A stretch of DNA of 63,829 bases, filler included, from Licmophora abbreviata (Eukaryota), in assembly GCA_900291995.1 (NCBI GenBank). It is 12 parts of 12 records of this genome, joined end to end, with 100 filler letters (N's around TTAATTAATTAA, not from the genome) between each part and the next. Parts side by side here need not be neighbours in the genome. Positions count along the whole stretch, not along the records: positions 1 to 6,969 come from OLMU01000796.1; positions 7,070 to 36,375 come from OLMU01000798.1; 10 more parts are not named here. One strand, given 5' to 3'. Shown here one piece after another: positions 1-13,100 of the stretch. The position numbers were made by a program, and so were the translations under genes. Each line of letters opens with the position of its first letter. The stretch's first letter is position 1. Under the pieces are notes generated by a model that worked only from the letters and a program-made list of their open reading frames with translations, was not told the origin of the DNA and made no database searches.

Positions 1-161
1 TCCATTTTCAAAATTGAATTCGTGGTTCTCGTGCGTCGCGCCAACACGTCACAAAGGCGCAAAACCCCAGGAAAAAATCACCACGGCGTTCATCATCGTC
101 CCATCCCGTCACCCCTCGAAAGATCCAAGAACGACAGACGACGACGAGGCAAACCAGCACC

Positions 162-2541
162 ATGGCAATGGCTTCCCTATTGCGACTCGCGTCGAGACCT
201 GCCTCGAGTCTCACAACTACTAGACTCCATGCGTCACCGCTAGCTTCCATTCTGAGTGCTCCGTCCTCTTCATCTCCTTATCGATGGTTCTCCACGGAAA
301 ATCAAACCAAACATCGCAACATTGGCATTAGCGCCCACATTGACAGCGGCAAGACGACACTCACAGAACGTATTCTTTTCTATACCGGTCGCATTGGAAG
401 CATCCACGACGTCCGAGGCAAGGATGGCGTCGGGGCCAAGATGGACAGCATGGATTTGGAACGTGAAAAGGGAATTACCATTCAGTCGGCGGCCACGTTC
501 TGTCAATGGAAGGAGGCGCATGTGAACATTATTGATACTCCAGGTCACGTCGATTTCACGATTGAGTAAGTAGAGAAAGAGGCGTCATGGCGGTGGAGTG
601 CTTAACTACTGTATAGTAAGTAGTAGGTGGCGTGAGGGAGATTCATTTTGGACTGACGAATGCTTTCCTTGCACTCTCTCTCATATGATTCCAAGAGTCG
701 AACGTGCCTTGCGTGTTTTGGATGGCGGCATTTTGGTTTTGTGTGGTGTTTCCGGTGTCCAGTCGCAGTCGCTCACTGTCGATCGACAGATGAAGCGGTA
801 TAACGTTCCTCGACTAGCCTTTGTCAACAAACTGGATCGGCAGGGCAGCAATCCCTGGAAAGTCATTGAAGATTTACGGACGCAGTTGAAATTGAATGCT
901 GCTGCGGTCCAATTTCCCGTTGGGCTGGAGGATAAGCACGAGGGTGTGGTAGACTTGCTGGAAAATAAGGCTATTTATTTTCAAGGTGAAAAGGGAGAAA
1001 AGGTCGTAGAAGGTGAGATCCCGGACGATCTCAGTGAGTTGGTGGAAGAAAAGAGGAGTGAACTGTTTGAAGTCCTGGCCGATGTCGATGATGAGATTGC
1101 CGAATTCTTCTTGATGGAAGAAATGCCTCCTATGGATGTTTTGAAGGCAGCGATTCGCAGACAGACGGTGGCATGCAAGTTTGTACCTGTCTTTATGGGA
1201 AGTGCCTTCAAGAACAAAGGTGTGCAGCCCTTGCTCGATGGTGTCCTTGATTATCTTCCCGAGCCAATGGAAAAAGAGAACTTTGCTCTGGATCGTTCCA
1301 AGAACGAAGAGCCAGTCAAGGTGACAGGCAAGGACTCAGATCCGCTATTGGCACTTGCGTTCAAGTTGGAAGAGACGCAGTTTGGACAGCTCACGTACAT
1401 GCGCATCTATCAGGGACTGTTGAAGAAAGGAAATAATATTACCAACACGAACGATGGCAAGAAGATCAAGCTGGCGAGGATAGTTCGCATGCACTCGGAC
1501 GATATGGAAGAGATCGACGAGGCGGGTGCTGGTGAAGTCGTGGCCATGTTTGGCATTGACTGCAGATCAATGGATACTTTCTCTGATGGCAACACGAATC
1601 TCGTCATGAGCAGCATGTTCGTTCCAGAGCCCGTCATGAGTCTAGCGGTCAAGCCCAAAAAGACGAAGATGCAAAACAATTTTGGTAAAGCCATTGCCAA
1701 ATTCTCCAAGGAAGATCCGACGTTGCGTGTACGCGTCGATCCGGACACAAAGGAAACCATCTTGAGTGGTATGGGTGAGCTGCATTTGGAAGTGTACATT
1801 GAACGCATGGCACGTGAGTACGACGTCGAGTGTATTACTGGACAGCCGAATGTAAGCTACAAGGAAACGATCAACAAGAAACAGACATTTGACTGGGTTC
1901 ATAAGAAGCAGACTGGTGGAGCTGGTCAGTACGCACGCGTCATGGGATTTATTGAACCGTTGACGGAAGAAGAAATGAAGGAGTCCGGGGAGGTCAATGA
2001 GTTTGAGAACGCTTGTGTTGGGACGAACATTCCACCCGAATACTATCCGAGTTGCGAGAAGGGCATGAACGATGCCGTAGTGGAGGGTGCGCTAGTAGGA
2101 TGCGAGGTCGAGGGCGTACGCGTTGTTTTGAAGGATGGAGCAAGTCACGCGGTCGATTCTTCTGATATGGCCTTCCGAATCTGCATGGCAAATGCCATTC
2201 GTGACACTATGAAGCAAGCGAATCCCAGCATCCTGGAGCCTGTCATGACCGTCGAGGTCGAAGTCCCGTCTGAATTTCAGGGTCCTGTTGTGGCGGCGTT
2301 GAATCGACGTATGGGAATGATTCAAAGCAGCGACATGAACGATGATGGAAGCGGCATTCGGATCGTATCCGAAGTTCCTTTGGCTAATATGTTTGGCTAC
2401 TCCACTGAGTTGCGTAGTCAGACTCAAGGAAAAGGCGAGTTCACGATGGAATACTTCAAGCACGTTCCTGTCCCTCGCAACGTCCAACAAGACTTGATGG
2501 ACAAGTACCGAGAAGAAAGAGAGGCCAAGCAGGCTGCTTAG
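162..2541 (+). CDS. GFM1: Mitochondrial translation elongation factor G (EF-G1); exons 162-565, 696-2541
   Basis: Arg/Ser-rich N-terminal presequence, then [28 protein letters not shown] and [22 protein letters not shown] intron (566-695) restores [29 protein letters not shown] and [12 protein letters not shown] follow. Confidence 0.96.
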
Positions 2542-2713
2542 ACTACAAGTTCGTTTTCCATTAGGGAAGAAAGACTTGCTATAGAACCCGTTCCTCGCAC
2601 TTAGTTCTCTATGTGCTATCTCTTTGCGGATGAACATTACGAAGGCGTCGCCAACTATACGCTGCTTGCTACCAGGAGCGACCACTGGGTCAAAAAGAAT
2701 CAATGAAAATGCT

Positions 2714-5700
2714 CTAGCTGTCAGGAGTTGGGTTAATGAGCCTGTTGTGGAAGCTTCCTTGCAGCAGAAACGAAATTGGAAGCCGATACCGACGAAAAGT
2801 CACAATCATATTCCACCAGAGCGTGGCGTTGATGTCGGTTCCGGCGCGCCATTCAGGTTTCAGCATCCCCTCAATGCCATCCGGGCCATGGATAACGTGC
2901 TCGAGTTCTTGTCGAACTACCCACGGGGACAAAAATTCACAGTACAGTGTCGTCAGCCGACCTTGAGATCCCTCGAACACAGGGGACGAAGTAAATACAG
3001 AGAATCGTGGTACAAAGCGGTGACTGCATTGCGGACATTGCGTTGTATAGTCCTGAAATTCACATGGATGCCATCCTCCAACCAACTCGTCCTCGGTAAG
3101 ACTTCTTGAGCACTGTGGACAGCAGTCGCTACTGGTGTCAATCATTAGATTAGGGTACAAAAAGTCCAGAAGGCTTGAGCCGAGTTCAATCTGCTTCCGG
3201 ACTGCATCGGTAACGATAGTGTTAAGCACTGGATTTCCGCCCAACGAGCCCAGCGAAGAGTTTCGACGTTGGCGCCTCTTTTTCTTTTCTTTGGCTTGTG
3301 GGGTGTAGAGAAACCTTCAATAGACCGTGCGACGGCATTGTAGAAGTCGGCTACGATCGACGATGTAGGAGCTGGTATGGTACCGTTGATGTCAGATGAA
3401 AAGGCTGAGCCTTCGTCGCTGCTCCAGGTTGTCTCCGTTGGTTCGGTTCTACCGTCTTCAGCAGTTTTGGATAGTTCAAAATTGTTTCTCAGCATGGTTG
3501 TATACGCATCGGAACCACGGCGATAATGGCGCCGTTTCGGATTGGAAGTGCCACTTTCCGGAGGTGGGGGCACTGCTCCTGCATCATCTCCGTTTGCAAA
3601 TGCCCGCATCAACGAGGCGTAGACCTCGCTATCCGTCACGAGACCCTCCCGTTTCATAAGCTCCATTAGCTTGAAGGCACGATCGGTGTCTCCGCACCGG
3701 CCACATGCCTCCATGAGGCTCTGGAAGGCGTCTGGGTCCGGAGAAAGACCTCGAAGCGCCATTGTTGTCAGCGCTGAGAAAGCTAAGTCCAACTGGGCAG
3801 TAGCGACATCTTTCGCTTCTTCGTACTCCGCAAGCGCAGCATTGTCCGGATCGGGCAAGCTTGTTTGACGCATGTCTTCACTATCAGACTGAGGATTCTG
3901 CTCCCAGGACTGCAAGTGTTCGGATATCTCATCTTGCAAGCGACTAGCAGCAGCGGGGGCCTCCGGACAGAGAACACACGCTTCTCTGGCGCAATCTGAT
4001 GATTGAAATGAGGCTGTCGTGCGCTCCCAGGGTAAGGTCATCTAGGATGCTATTGCACGCATCGGCATTCATTCTTTTGGGGAGCTTCCTATCGCGGTCG
4101 GTCATCAGAGCATCTTCATTGTCCAACCCGACGTCCAATGGCTCGAACGGCCCATCCCGCGTGAAAGCGGCCTCCTTCGCTAGTTGCTTCAGTCGATAAT
4201 CCTGCCACTCGCGCCCAATCACTGCGGAGTACGTGAAGCAGAAAACTGTAAAAGTCGCAACCTCAGGCGAGGGATCATAGTCCCCACCATAGAACTCCAC
4301 TGGAACTCCCGATTCGATATCATTCGCCGTTGTGGCCCGCAAGCGAGACACAAGCGCAGACTGACGGTCAAACTCGGCTGTGATGATAGCTGGAATTGGT
4401 CGAGGAGCGCAGAACAAACCCGACTCAAACTCCATAGGCCACGTCCGGTAGATAAATGACCCCTTGGCGTTATCTGGGACGGGCAGATCATCTTCGTTGG
4501 GCGCTACCGCTTGGACAGTACTTAGTTGTTTGTGCGTTCTTGCACTCTGGAGGAATGGCGTTTCAACTTTCCTGACTTTCAGTCGACTGCGATTGAGCTT
4601 TGCGTCGATACTCTGATCGAAGAAAATAACATCGGGCTCGCCAGGACTGTACATCCGCTTTGTAATGAAATCATCAAATATCTGCGTCATACAAAATTCT
4701 CGAATGAACGTCTGGTTTTCGGTCCTTTGCCATGCAATGAAGCCATCTCTATCAAACGTCCGTTGTTTGCTCCATTTCACAGCAGGATTTTCCTCTGGTG
4801 TTTCAGGAGCAGTCACACTCGGAGTATGCAGAAATTTGCGGTAATCCTTTAATAACGAAACGAAGAACCGCAAGAAGGTCTCTTGCACTTTGTCCCACTG
4901 ACTCTGTTCGCCTACTCCATCCTGATCATTCAAAAGGTTTGGTGAGTCGGGAGCGTATGCCAGATTGAAGGCTTCGTCAAACATCGCCAGGTTCTCCTTC
5001 CACCGAGGTTCTCCAGCTTTTTTCTTCAACTCTTCAAACGATCGGCTGTTCAGCTTGCCGCCCTCGTACTGCCGGTATTCCTGTTCGAGTCCTCGTGTCT
5101 TCCAGAAGAGGTCACCTGCGTCATCTTCCAAGGCGGAAGACAGTTTCCCCCACTTCTTTGGAGGAGCAGGAGAGAGCTGCGGGAAGTGATCGCCAAACAT
5201 GATGGCGTTATTGTCCAAATCGACCACCATCGTTTCGTAATTAATGTATTGCTGCGTATGGAACCAGTTCTCTCGAACAACTCCGCACAAGTATGGGAAC
5301 GGCGCATCCAACATAGGACTCAGGAAATTTGGTACTAGCGGAATGTAAAGGTGACTCCACTGCATAGGAAACAGTAGTGATGCGAGAATTTCTGCGCAGA
5401 CCGTCAAGATCGAGTGCTGACTCGACAGTAGGAGGACTTTGCGCTCCAAAATCAGCGCGTACCAGACGGTTAGCACGTTGCTGACGTCTAAGCATTCGAA
5501 GAGCGTTTGATACGGCAACGCCACATACGCGAGGGGAAGTTTCGCCGGAGGAGCCCAGAATCGAATGGTTGAAGAGAGGATGGGCACTTGGATCTCAAAC
5601 GCTCCTGGAGGCGGCGCAGGAATCTCCAGACACAAATTTTGAATGTATCGCTCGATCGGGGCCTTCATCAGATCAGTCGTTGTCGCCAGACGATACAGCT

Positions 5701-6433
5701 GCGTCAGGTACTCTCGAAATGCTGTCAAGTAAGGCCAAGTCGACAGAATGCATAAAACTCGGGGGATGTACAGCGAATGTTCTTTTTCAAAGTCTGCCGT
5801 CGTCACTTCTATATCCAGCTCTCCCGAATTGCTGTGGACTGTTTCACGCGGTCGAAATGGGTCGTCGGGCACCGAATGATATTCTTCGAAAATAGTAAGA
5901 CATGTCCCATACACCTTGCGACCCTTATCATTTGTTAAAACAAAATGATGAATGCGTGGCATGACATATGCTTTCGAAGGGACGATAATGTCCGAATGAG
6001 GGTAGCAAAACTGGGTCACCATGGGATTCAACGCATGATCAGGATAGTCAAGGAGAGGGTATCTTGCTGTAATTCCGGGCTGGAAGGTAAAATCGTTTCC
6101 TCCTGCCTGGGGCATTCGGATATTTCCATCTCCATGGGAAACGTGGGTATTGAAATTCGAAGCAGCCTCGCCTCGCTCCGGACTTCTGGGGCGAACGTGT
6201 TTTCGTCGTGGCTTGGGAGTCTGGGGAGAGGCTGGGTTCTGAGCGTCATCCCATCGCGGTAGGCTGCTGACAACTACGAAATACTCTACGAGCCGCCGCG
6301 ATGAAGTTCCGGCCTCAAAAGTGTTCTCGACAGTCTTTTTCCGTCGAAGTTTGGGCGTTCCGTTGAGACCTGGGCTTTTCGGCGACGATTTCCGACATTG
6401 AGTGGAAGTAGACGAGCCACGGTCCATCTTCAT
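2714..6433 (-). CDS. DENN-domain Rab GEF with PPR-like repeats and Cys-rich C-terminus (DENND4/Crag-like); split over three frames by two apparent frameshifts (~3975-4040 and ~3280)
   Basis: uDENN/DENN/dDENN motifs (LVEYFVVV, HHFVLTNDKGRKVYGTCL, LILERKVLLLS, LLFPMQWSHLYIP, LDAPFPYLCG, FLRFFVSLLKDYRKF). PPR-like FQSLMEACGRCGDTDRAFKLMELMKREG. C-terminal CPQC..CPQC..FLSPWVVRQELE. Start set at the first in-frame ATG; the ORF is open to 6508. Confidence 0.85.
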
Positions 6434-6969
6434 GATCCTGGAGCAATGGTAACCAATTTTCCGATGGTATGAACCCTTCCCGGGAACTTTTCCAATGAAA
6501 GGACTCAATCAAGAGATGTGCTGGCGTCCCACGCTGTAAGCATATGTCACGCCCGCCATGGTCGCCCTATAGTCTATCTACTGAGTTTGTTCGGAAACGT
6601 TTCATTTTTTGCGCGCGCCGCGAAAGCTTCGGAGTATTTTTCCACAGTGGATGCTATAAAGTTATATACTTATTAGTCACTATAGAATAGTTGTATTCGC
6701 CATCATTTGCTTGCGCGCAATGATATTGTACAATTCGTAATTAGACATGCGTAACTTGGGGTTCCAGTTTCGCCTCTCGTCAACGAGAATGAATCGAATC
6801 AATCGAATCATCCAAAGCGAAGCGGTTATTGTTGTCAAGTAGGTCTGCGGAGAATGATTGCCTTGTACGTAGCTTCCATTCGCTGTGGTGTATACGAATG
6901 CAGCATAGGTTCTACTTATTGATACGGACGAGAGACTGTGGTCTCTCTCTCAGTTCAGTCGTGAGATCA

Positions 6970-7069
6970 NNNNNNNNNNNNNNNNNNNNNNNNNNNNNNN
7001 NNNNNNNNNNNNNTTAATTAATTAANNNNNNNNNNNNNNNNNNNNNNNNNNNNNNNNNNNNNNNNNNNN
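6970..7069. other. Artificial scaffold spacer N44-TTAATTAATTAA-N44; same spacer at 36376-36475, 39723-39822, 41226-41325, 42655-42754, 45580-45679, 46899-46998, 48696-48795, 51580-51679, 58540-58639, 60025-60124
   Basis: Eleven identical 100-nt blocks; the palindromic 12-mer places a stop codon in all six frames. Confidence 0.98.
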
Positions 7070-7177
7070 ATCCTTTTTTCACCTCTCTTACCCTGCCTGA
7101 TCCCCTTCCCATTTTCCAGGAAACTTCTTTTTTGCATACTGCTATTTCCAACAACACTGTAACGCGACACCACCAGT

Positions 7178-10100
7178 ATGTCGGCACGATCTCGTCGTGC
7201 CACCTCCAAGGTGATCAACTATGCCCAGGAACAAGAGTTTAGTGACGCCGAAGACATCTTTGAAGAGGAAGAAGAAGAAAAGCCCGAGCCGGCCCCGAAG
7301 CGTCGTGGTCGTCCACGAAAGAGCAATGTGTCCGAGTACGAAGCGCCGGTAGCCGACGTAGCAGAGGACGACTTCCGAACGACGAAACCTGTCTACACGG
7401 AAAAGGGCTACGATCAGACGCTACCCCCACTCAGGGAGCTTTTCGAGTTCATGCCAGAGTATGAGCTGGATGGGTCCCCCAAAATTGAGCTCATTGTCGG
7501 CCGGCGCCCTGTCGACGACAAAAATGCTGACGCTACAGACGAGGAATCGGGAGGGGAAGACGAGTCTGGTGAATCCGAAGAAGAAACCGGCGGACGTGGG
7601 AAGCGCGGTGCGAAATCGAAAAACAAGAAGCCGGCGAAGAAGAGGAAGTCTCGCAATAAGCAGCAGAACGATGACAACCGTCATCGGAACGAACACGTTG
7701 AATTCGAGTACTTAATCAAGTACAAAGGGCGCTCGTATCTTCACTTGGATTGGAAGACTGGCGCCGACCTTGAGAGTATGGGGAAAGGCCCGAAGGTCAT
7801 GTACCGGCGGTTCTTGAAGAAACTGGCAGCCGGAACTGACGAAGAGCTGGAGGATCCCAACTTCGACCCATCCTTCGCAGAGCCACAGAAGATTGTGGAC
7901 GAGTCCGAGCAGGAAGTCACCCTCGAGCTTACCGACCAAGAGCTCATTGAATGGGAGAAGGAGCGAAAAAAGGCCCTTGCAGAAGAAGAGGCTGAAGAGG
8001 CAGCCAACGAAATCGCCATCGAAGGAGTCGAAAGCGCCGACGCGGGACTTTCGCCTCGCCCGCACAAGGAAACAGGCGAGGAGAAGAAGGAGGAGGAGGA
8101 ACAAGGTATGAAAAAATCTTAGGGGCAAGTACATTGGCTCCGTTTCTTTGCATGGCAGCTCACATCCAGGCTGTTCCTGCTTGCACAGAGGATGAGTTTG
8201 AAAAACTGTTTGAATCGGACGTCGACTTCAAAACTATTCCCCTCGACACTCTGCGAAACATTGCCAACAAAGACGGGTCTTACTACCCCAAGTTCAAGGG
8301 ATGCGACAATGCGTACCGAGATGGCTACACCACGGAACCCCCGAAGAAACCTCGAGCATCCTATATTTTCTTTCAGTCATCGATCCGGGGTTTCTTTGTA
8401 AAACGTTATCCCGATGCTACACAAGCCGAACTGATGAAGATTCTGGGAGAGACCTGGAACAATCTGACAGAGGAAGAGCAAGCCCCATTTGTTGAGCTCG
8501 CCCAAGAAGAGGCCGCGCAATATGATCGTGAACGTGCCATGTTGGAAAAGGCCCAAAGACCAAGCGCCATGTGGCAGCCACTCCGCCGTTGTCGGATGGT
8601 TCTTGACCGACTTTCCAAGGATGGCTTCGCCAACATATTCCTTGAGCCAGTCGACGAGGACGAGTTTACGGACTACCACGAAATAATCGATCACCCCATG
8701 GATCTAGGAACTGTCCGTACGAAACTCGACGAACGAAAATATCAAGCCCCGGAGAATTTTGCTCGCGACATGCGTAAGGTAGGATCCTAGAAAATCGTGT
8801 TCGCGAGGATCATATACGAGATGCTCACGTTTCTCTTCCCTCTTTGATTATCTTAATCCTCAGGTATGGAACAACTGCAAGATCTACAATCAGCACGGTT
8901 CAGCGATCTGGTTTGTTGCTGACTACATGTCGAAGCAATTCGAGCGGCTGTATCACGCTTGGGTTCTTGAGTTTCGTGAGCGCTATCTTCGGTGGGCCAA
9001 TCCAAGGGCAAGACCCTGGGAGCACACCTGCCGTCAGTGCGATGGAGAGTGCGGCACCCCCGACGATAAAATGGTCTTATGTGACCATTGTGACGCAATG
9101 TATGGAATGGCATGCATTACGCCTCCGCTCGACAAGCTCCCTACTGGTATTTGGCACTGCCCGGACTGTGAGCCGAAGCTTCACACTGTTAAAGGTGTTC
9201 GCATGCATTCGGCAGTTTCTGAACAGGCCGCAAGGAAGAGAGCAGAATTGGGAGACATCCCCAAGAAGAAGATCAAAGAGACTATGTATCTAGTGAAGTG
9301 GGCTGGGCTGGGATACGAATTTTGTTCATGGGAAACCAAAGAAGATATCAACGACGACAATCTCATCGCCGAGTACCATCGGTTGAACAACATGGTCGTC
9401 GACGAGCCGCCACTCTCCGAGGAAGAAGTCTCGGTCTATCTTGAGAAAATTGAGCACATTACCGCAACGAGTGCTGGCGGCTCGACCTGCATCCCGGACC
9501 TTCGAGCGAAGCTCTATGCACAGACGCGGGCATTTCAGTTCGCGAAGTTTGGCAGCCGCCTTCCTGACCTGCTTTGTGCGGAGTGCGGACCGAAGACAAC
9601 AGCTTCCGCCGTAGACGCTCATGAGGCGTCCGACGAGGCTCAATACTCTCCCGCACATGAAAAGCAGGTCGTCGAGTGCATGACAGAAATGGTTTATCGC
9701 GTTTCCAGCTTGTCATCGCTGCCGCTGATGCCGGCCCATCCGGCACTGCCACCACCGTTGACCGGTGAATACGATGCTGTAATTCCAATCACAGCAAAGG
9801 GTCTAATGATGAACGTCGGCGAAATAAACGGGTCTGTGGCCTTCCTTGGCTATCGACAGTTCCCAGATGGTAGCAAAGGGCCCTCGGAGAAGAGGCGTCT
9901 GATCCGTAACGCTGGAGACAAAATCATTGCTGTCGATGGGGTCAGCACAATCAAATTGTCGTTCAAGGACGTCATTTTGCTTTTGCGGGAAAGCGGTAAG
10001 CACAAGTTCGCCTACATGCGTTTCCTGGAGAACCGTTACTCGGTATGTGAGAGCGATCTTACGAGTGTGGGGATCACTGGCAGATACGCTGTTGATGAGC

Positions 10101-13100
10101 TCCGGAAAAAGTTTTCGGGAGACAGAAAGCGGCTTATCGTTCGACGTCGACAGGATCTCTTGGAGGAAGGAGATGCTGAGGCGTCGGCTGAGGAGAGTGA
10201 TGGGAGTGTCGGGCCCGAAAGTAGCTCCGACGAGGAATCGGACGACGGAAGCGAAGGCGAATTCGAGCCCGATAGCGAAGACGAGGAGCTCGTACGAAAA
10301 CTGCCTTTTCCGCAGGAAGCTGATGCGAATTCTGGAACACCTGACCAGGCAGCGATCACCTCAACGGCGAGTGCTCCGGGCACCGATGTCGCCCCTCCGA
10401 TTGGCAATGTTACAAGCACCCGGACTGACGCAGGATCAGGAGAAGTGACGCCGGTCAAGTCGTCCCCGAACAAATCTCCCAACAAACCTCGCCCTCCAGA
10501 ACTTTGGCGATCGGAAACGACTCGGTCGTTGGCATTTCGTCTCCTTGACATGGATATTGGATACAGCAGCGACGAAGGGGGCGACGAAGACTGCACTTAC
10601 TTTCTTGACGGCGTTGACGACACGTTCACTTCGTCCGCCGAGCTCCGAAGCTGTATTCCTACCATCGATTCGGATAAACCCACCTCCGCAGCTAAAAAAG
10701 ATAAAACGAAGTCGCCTAGCAAGTCGCGGAAGAAGAACAAGAAAGTCGAGGAAGATCTCACCAACGACCCAGCCATGTTCCCCGCGAAGCGTAACGAATT
10801 CTCTGGTTTAGGCGGCCGAGCCAAGCTGACGGCTGCCGTGTCACTTACGTCTAAAGAGCCCGAATTGGAGGAATTCGAGAGGTTTCCTCTTCCGTCTCGA
10901 AAATCTATGCTGGCCAAGGAGAAGGCTGATGCAGATGCACGTGCCGCTGAATTACAGTCTGTCCAACCGGATGGCCTAGAGGATAGTTTGGAGGATTCGC
11001 CGACTAAATCTCTGAAAAAATCAACAGTCAAAGTCGAACAAGTATCGGCTTCGACAGAAGAGGTTGTGAGGATCTGGCCGAACGTCGAGACTGCTGCTGC
11101 CACCCTCCAGCTTCCTTTGAACGAAATGCAGCAAATGTTGAAAGGTGACTACAACGAAGAACTTGGTGACGAAATCGGTGGGTTCCGGTGGCGATATGCG
11201 GCCGCGGGAGCAGAAGTGACGGCGCCTGGCGGGAGCACTCGGGGAAGCAAGAAGGGCAAGGATGCATTTTTGGAGTTTCGCGACAAGCTGTATGATCCGA
11301 CGGAGCCTCATGTGTACAAGAATGGCAATCGATTGCGTGATTACCAAGTTGATGGACTCAATTGGCTGGCTTCAACTTGGTACAAGCGGCATGGATGCAT
11401 CCTGGCAGACGAGATGGGTACGTAGACTGTCGCTTCCGCGAAGATAACAAGCTTCTCTTGTACGAAACCCTGCTCACTTGTTAATACTATGTTTTCTTCG
11501 AAACGGTTTAGGGCTGGGCAAGACCGTTCAGATCGTATCGTACATTGAACATCTTTCCCGCGTCGAGAAAATCAGGCGACCCTATCTGGTAGTTGTTCCG
11601 CTCTCGACGGTCGAACACTGGCGCCGGGAATTTCAAGGTTGGACCGATTTGGTGTGCTGTGTATATCACGATCGTCAGCGTATTTGGAGGGACGTCCTCC
11701 GAGAATACGAGTGGTACTTCGACGACCGGCCACACACGGCTGACTATCTCAAGTTCGATGTGTTGGTCACCACATACGATACGCTGATTTCTGACTTTGA
11801 CATCGTCGGCCAGATCCCGTGGAGAGTAGCCGTCGTTGACGAAGCGCATCGACTGCGGAACGTCAAGGGGAAACTTCTCGAGTGCATGAAAGAAATCAGC
11901 GCCAGAGGCACGCTGCATTATGGCTTCCAGAGCAGAGTCCTCATGACGGGCACGCCCCTTCAAAACAACACGCAAGAGCTTTGGACCCTCTTGAACTTTA
12001 TCGAGCCTTTTCAGTTTCCTAGTGTCGAGCAGTTCGAGGCAAGCTTCGGCAACATCGCCAATCGAGAGCAAGTTGAGGCGTTGCAGCGGGCAATCGGGCC
12101 GGTGAGTTCCTGCAGCGCTGTCGTCGCTTACCAAATAGCTTGGAACCATTTTCTTATTTTTTCTGTATTTTCTCGACAGTACATGCTTCGTAGGGTCAAG
12201 GACGACGTTGCGAAGGACCTGCCGGAGAAGTCCGAGACTGTGATTGATGTCGAATTGACGAGCATTCAGAAGCAGTACTATAGGGCGATCTTCGAGCACA
12301 ATCTTGCGTTCCTTAGCATGGGTGCTACACGACAGAGTGCTCCGAAATTGATGAACATTCAAATGGAGCTCCGAAAGTGCTGTAACCACCCCTATCTTCT
12401 GGAAGGCATTGAGCAGCGGGAAACGGAGAAGCAGTTCAACGATCTCGTCTCGAGTGGATCTTTTGAAGGAAAGTCACCCGACGAAAGACAGCTGCTTCTA
12501 AACGAACATGGCTACGTCCATACAAGTGGCAAAATGGTGCTTCTCGACAAGCTCCTTCCAAAGCTACGTCAAGAGGGACATAAGGTGTTGATTTTCAGCC
12601 AGATGGTCCGGATGCTAGACCTGATCTCGGAATACTGCGATTTTAGGGGCTTCCGTCACGAGCGCCTGGACGGAAGAGTAAGAGGTAACGAACGCCAGAA
12701 AGCCATTGATCGATTTGAAACAGAAGAGGACAGCTTCATGTTTCGTAAGTCTCTCGAGAACGTTGCATTCTCGTTGCTAACCCGCGTTCTGCCTGTCAGT
12801 CTGCTAACTCTTCTCTTGCCGTTCCTCTGCTGCAGTCCTTTCGACTCGGGCCGGAGGCGTTGGCATTAACTTGACCGCTGCCGATATCTGCATTATTTTC
12901 GATAGGTAAGTGGTAATGAGGTCTAGTGCCCTTCGTATAAGTCTTCCCTCAGTGTACGCTGATGCTGGTATTTTTCTGGATCACAGTGACTGGAACCCTC
13001 AGAATGATGTTCAGGCGCAGGCGCGATGCCATCGCATTGGGCAAACTAAAGACGTCAAGATCTATCGATTGGTCACCAGTCGTTCTTTTGAGCAAGAGAT

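Noticed and set aside
3270..3295. Programmed -1 ribosomal frameshift at the A-rich run in the DENN gene
   Set aside because: The run is one A short of an A-AAA-AAG heptamer, and similar single-base homopolymer breaks occur in several unrelated genes, favouring sequencing error.
11508..12389. Long antisense or alternate-frame ORFs (e.g. 11508-12389 -, 49081-49803 +, 2092-2703 -)
   Set aside because: They shadow well-supported genes on the opposite strand and show no recognisable motifs.
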